Assembly (NCBI GenBank): GCA_036337435.1
Contig: JAYZEG010000020.1
Location: 1 to 64,000 of the forward strand
Reading direction: 5' to 3'
Length of the DNA: 64,000 nucleotides
From: Myxococcota bacterium
GTDB taxonomy: Bacteria; Myxococcota_A; Bradymonadia; UBA7976; UBA1532
Shown piece by piece: positions 60,801 through 64,000 of the stretch (position 1 is its first letter; every line of letters starts with the position of its first letter). The position numbers were made by a program, and so were the translations under genes. The notes beneath the pieces are model-generated. The model made no database searches. It was not told the DNA's origin and was given only the letters and a program-made list of their open reading frames with translations.

Positions 60801-63800
60801 CGAATTGGCGTGGGTGAATCTGTCTCGCTCAGGGGTCGGGCGCGCTTGAATCCTGTCATCGATAATGGCACAGAGATCAGCACTCAGGCTGTCGTCACGG
60901 CGGGCTTTGGGGACGTATTGTCCGATGACCCGCGAACGCCCGCTGCCGGTGATCCGACCATTGTTACCATTCGATCTCAAGCTGAATATCGTCTTGAGAA
61001 GACAGTGACGGATTTAAACGGTGGAGATCCACAAGCAGGGGATCGGCTCCGTTACACGATCAGGCTTGAAAATCAGGGGAACAGTGCGGGCATTAGCACG
61101 CGTGTGAGTGACCCAATTCCACGAGAGCTGACGAACATTACGCCCCTCAACGATGGACTGTTTGCCGACGGTCAAATCATTTGGCCCCCTTTGGAGCGTG
61201 TCGAAGTCGGCTCCGGTGTGCGTGAATTTGAATTTGAAGCCACTCTATCTCCCGATTTAGTGGCGGGGACTGTGGTCAGCAATCAGGCCCGTGTTGTCGG
61301 CGAGGGTCTGGAGCCCGTTCTCAGTGATGACCCGAGCACACCGGTGCCCTTGGATTCGACTGATGTTCGAATCGTAGCGGCTGCTGATTTGAGTGCATCC
61401 ATTAAACTTGTCGAACCAGGTAATCCGGAGCCTGGGGCGCTTGTTCAATGGACCATCCAGGTTGTTAATTCGGGCACTGTGGATGCACTCAATGTTGAAA
61501 TTATAGATGCATTGCCAACGGAATTTATCGACAATTTCTCATCTGATACAGGTGGCATTGAAGACGGCGTTCTCCGGGCAAACTTCGCTCGGGTGGCTGC
61601 GGGTGCTGCAGTCAGCGTTGCGATTTCCGGCACGGTGAAACCCGGCACTCCAGACGGCACTGTCATTCTGAATCAGGCCTCGATCTCGGCTGATGGGCTT
61701 GCCTTCGTTCAAACCGATGACCCGTCGACAATTGATGTTGATGATCCAACTCAATTGATTGTGAGTGCAACCCCGGCCATTTCGGTGACGAAGCGTGTTG
61801 TTGATGAGAACGGACCGCCCGTCGAGCCTGGAGATCTGCTGCGCTATACAATTGAAATCGAAAATACCGGCACGGGTCGAGCGGATAACCTAATCGTCAC
61901 CGACCCAGTGCCGAACCTTGCGTCCTTGGTCGATGCCGACGGGGGAAATTTAATCGATGGTGTTGTCGAATGGTCAGTCCCGGCGATTGCCCCTGGAGAG
62001 GCGACTGAGCGAGTCCTCACAGTCCGATTGGCACCTGCGATTGAGAATGGGACAAGAGTGGTTAATCAAGCCGTCGTCTCAGCCCCATTTTTAGGCAATG
62101 AAACTCGGCTAAGCGATGACCCGAATACGGAGGCTCTCACCGATCCGACGATTGTTCAGGTTGTCAGTGGACCAGACTTTTCCAACGCGCAGATGACTGT
62201 TCGAGACCTCAACGGGGGTGAGGCGCGGCCCGGCGATGTAATCGAGTATCGAATCGAAATCACAAACGATGGAAATGCAGTCGCGCGCAATGTCCAAATC
62301 GATGACGCCCTTCCGGGAACGCTTATTCTCACGTCAGCGGAAAATGCAGACATTGAGGACAATCGAATTCGTTGGCAGGTTCCAGAAATCGCGCCTGGAC
62401 AGACTGTGACGTTTACAGCTCGAGCTCGAATCGTTCTCCCCTTACCGGACGGAACGCGTATCGAGAACCAAGCGGCGATCACGTCTGATGGGTCAGCAGA
62501 ACCCTTCTTGACCGATGACCCTGCGACGGCTGATCGAGATGATCCAACGAGCTTGGTCGTGCAATCGAGCCCCCAATTTGCCCTTGAAAAAACAGTTGTG
62601 ACGACCGACGGCGGCACATTCTCTGTCGGGCGGCAGATTCGGTATACGATTAATGTGAGAAATGATGGGGATGCCACGGGTGGGTTGCAAACGCTCGTCG
62701 ACCAACTTCCTGACGGTTTGGTTGGCCCATTTACGACCGAACCCAATGTGGCCATCGCCGACGGATTAGCTCGCTGGGAATTCAATGGGATAGACCCGGG
62801 TCAGGTTGAGCGCTTCACCATTACTGCCTTCATCGCTGCGAATGCGGTCAATGAACAGCAGATCGTAAATACGGCCCGCTTGAATGAGCTCACGGCTGAC
62901 GCATCATTCGTTGTGGTAAACGAGCCATCCTTGGCCGCATCCACAAAAGCGGTCATCGCCGAGTCACCATTTCCAGGGCAGCAAGTTCGGTACGTCATTA
63001 CCGTGACAAACGACGGAACAGAGCCCGCTCGCGATGTGCGAGTAATCGATGAACTCTCCGATTCGTTAATTTTTGTTGGTGCTGGCCCAGAGGCGGATGT
63101 GAACGGCAATCGCCTTCAGTGGACTTTGGGCGATCTGGCACCTGGAGCCGAACGTATCATTAATATCACGGCTCAGATTGGAGAGGCCGTTGAAGATGGT
63201 CAAAGCATCGCGAACCAGGCGTCCATTTCAGCGGCAGGAATTGAAGCTGTGGTCACAGATGATCCGTCGACGCCTGAGTTGGATGACCCAACACGCTTTA
63301 CAGTCGAGAGTCGCCCGGTGTTGGCGCTCACCAAGACCGTAAGAGACGATAATGGCGGGGCTTTCGCTCCAGGTGATCCCGTGACTTATACCTTGGGCAT
63401 CGAAAATCAAGGTGCTGGGACTGCATTTGCTATCGAAATATCTGACCCCGTTCCGGTCGGTCTCGTAAACGCCGTCGCCGTCGACGGCAACGTCATCGAT
63501 GGAGTTGGTCGTTGGCAGGTGGTGCGCCTTGAGCCGGGGGCAACGATTGAACGGGTGTTGCGAGCCCGGATTTCCCCGGATGCAGTCAACGGTCAAAGGA
63601 TTTCAAACCGCTTTGCTGCCCGTGCTGGCGGTCTTGAGCGTCAAGAAAGCCCTGATTCGGAATTGACCGTCGAAACTGGCTTTGTGGCCCTCGATAAGAC
63701 CGTCAGACCACTCGGTAACGGTTTTCAGCCTGGTGAGTTGGTCGAATATGTTTTGCGTGTGACCAATGAGCGGGAATCCGGTGCATCCGAGGTCTCGGTG

Positions 63801-64000
63801 CTCGACCAAATGGACCTATTTGCGTTTACCGATATAGAGGCTTTGGATGGTGGACTCTTCGATCCGACGACAGGACGGATCGAATGGAATCCACAGACGA
63901 CGGCGGCCCTGCGCTTTGTGCCATCGGAACAATTCGCTGAGCTCAGGGTTCGAGCACGCATCAGAGATGACATCCAACCGGGCACATCGGTCTTAAACGA
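57864..64000 (+). CDS. giant secreted DUF11-repeat (Ig-like) surface protein, >2040 aa, 3'-truncated; not in ORF track
   Basis: GTG at 57864; the same frame reads as coherent protein at every point checked, through ...IRDDIQPGTSVLN at the window end. Signal-like N-terminus, GGVVVTGN..AYLFWSG head domain, at least 13 repeats of K...PGD..Y.I...N.G...D.LP...NQA. Confidence 0.9.
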   Translation, partial: MVTNASSVRLGFALWICLGTVFGPSSSLGRVGGEPHALYAQHRLFGGVVVTGNTLMTQSVVAPQVNSVLLPQSAGDVRDLPFDAELEAAYLFWSGSIDGGIDRTADLTAADGTRFNNIPADRCVTVATLGGFYYCRADVSDRLRGRPGPSQFNGTYVVGDVQASVGQLRPNGTCIDRFCQAKYAAWSLVLVYRSEAARTLRDVFIHDGFRSLDEDEQSPGVDRFSIRGFDFPEGGQAVLSFFGLEGDSFLGVPPQDTDPVIPCDTCFDYLSFGGRKLNDALNPANNLFNSSSPGGFTLGLDLDSFNVSNLLAIGQTQAEIEVGSGDGFVDPFDPEPTGGGESFFLGYVLLSVDRNSPNFSRDGTRLTVVPDEGAPNERVVFTLRVTNEGTRDAPNTVVTLPLPAGLTYLPGSLRVDGADPIPGAEVANPLAAGFNLGLLPFRGDSDRLITFRATVDPDARAGERIITQGQVSADTLELAVNTNEAVLTVLGALELDTATKSVLDGNGDGLFTPGEVATYTIRIQNPHARAVSGVIFSDSLPNYVDALQVVASSGDARHNFAEGEIEFSNMVVQPGNEGATISIIVRIHDEEQLVAEGVAVGEINGLAVDNQGTVRSGASVFSTRDPNPTAGAPDGVTRFELTSELNIAGAGTSKTGTDVNGGGLVPGDVIEYTVTIENSGTTLARTFVDDVLPDNLGACTLISDLPDIACDNNNRLRGFVNVDRGERVQVRFRARVNDDAPDGAEIVNRVVLTAGNQRVERSSEMLRVSSAAELSTFTKRALGPIDGFAVPGQRYDYQISVTNTGNQPAQNIVISDPLGVRFASVSPADGGRYDPVANVVSWTIGVLPPGDTATVSLGVQLSDAIANGTEILNQAQINFDGERILSDDPSTDVPDDATRVIVRSQPLLTVTKRASLVIAQPRDTIVYDIVITNDGTDAAVGVQVSDQFPANLFRSVVAVNGTNEGGLMRWTPEDVPALGRIGVGESVSLRGRARLNPVIDNGTEISTQAVVTAGFGDVLSDDPRTPAAGDPTIVTIRSQAEYRLEKTVTDLNGGDPQAGDRLRYTIRLENQGNSAGISTRVSDPIPRELTNITPLNDGLFADGQIIWPPLERVEVGSGVREFEFEATLSPDLVAGTVVSNQARVVGEGLEPVLSDDPSTPVPLDSTDVRIVAAADLSASIKLVEPGNPEPGALVQWTIQVVNSGTVDALNVEIIDALPTEFIDNFSSDTGGIEDGVLRANFARVAAGAAVSVAISGTVKPGTPDGTVILNQASISADGLAFVQTDDPSTIDVDDPTQLIVSATPAISVTKRVVDENGPPVEPGDLLRYTIEIENTGTGRADNLIVTDPVPNLASLVDADGGNLIDGVVEWSVPAIAPGEATERVLTVRLAPAIENGTRVVNQAVVSAPFLGNETRLSDDPNTEALTDPTIVQVVSGPDFSNAQMTVRDLNGGEARPGDVIEYRIEITNDGNAVARNVQIDDALPGTLILTSAENADIEDNRIRWQVPEIAPGQTVTFTARARIVLPLPDGTRIENQAAITSDGSAEPFLTDDPATADRDDPTSLVVQSSPQFALEKTVVTTDGGTFSVGRQIRYTINVRNDGDATGGLQTLVDQLPDGLVGPFTTEPNVAIADGLARWEFNGIDPGQVERFTITAFIAANAVNEQQIVNTARLNELTADASFVVVNEPSLAASTKAVIAESPFPGQQVRYVITVTNDGTEPARDVRVIDELSDSLIFVGAGPEADVNGNRLQWTLGDLAPGAERIINITAQIGEAVEDGQSIANQASISAAGIEAVVTDDPSTPELDDPTRFTVESRPVLALTKTVRDDNGGAFAPGDPVTYTLGIENQGAGTAFAIEISDPVPVGLVNAVAVDGNVIDGVGRWQVVRLEPGATIERVLRARISPDAVNGQRISNRFAARAGGLERQESPDSELTVETGFVALDKTVRPLGNGFQPGELVEYVLRVTNERESGASEVSVLDQMDLFAFTDIEALDGGLFDPTTGRIEWNPQTTAALRFVPSEQFAELRVRARIRDDIQPGTSVLN

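Noticed and set aside
58248..63985. Many short ORFs in the last 6 kb
   Set aside because: Shadows of the single long plus-strand DUF11 ORF

Overview
Gene-dense bacterial chromosomal window. Gene content (PEGA/TPR/Kelch proteins, Ser/Thr kinase-type proteins, deltaproteobacterial-type gsp operon, Cys-type CcmE) suggests a Myxococcota-like organism; this is inference only. Left to right: a 5'-truncated PP2C-cNMP phosphatase; the rimP-nusA-ylxR/L7Ae-infB-rbfA-truB-rpsO-pnp-dut region with several structured leaders; a zinc-ribbon/pseudokinase/TM/charged-helix/FGE-fold protein; a giant TPR gene split by a one-base frameshift, then moaA; a variant System I cytochrome c maturation cluster including an uncalled 57-aa membrane ORF; a lytic transglycosylase; a minus-strand type II secretion operon (gspC to gspN) in which gspG and gspH are one ORF. 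Upstream of the gsp operon are a sigma54-type promoter with two enhancer-like sites, a sigma54 response regulator, an FHA-GAF-adenylate cyclase, an EEP hydrolase and a HAMP kinase. Divergent from these are a PEGA protein, a Kelch lipoprotein and a >2000-aa DUF11-repeat surface protein that is missing from the ORF track because it runs off the window. I saw no rRNA, tRNA, CRISPR array or mobile element. The best leads are the signalling/T2SS/giant-adhesin locus, the GspG-GspH tandem pseudopilin (possibly a homopolymer error), a candidate structured RNA between slt and gspN, the pseudokinase, and the CxxxS CcmE. All calls are by eye; no searches were run.
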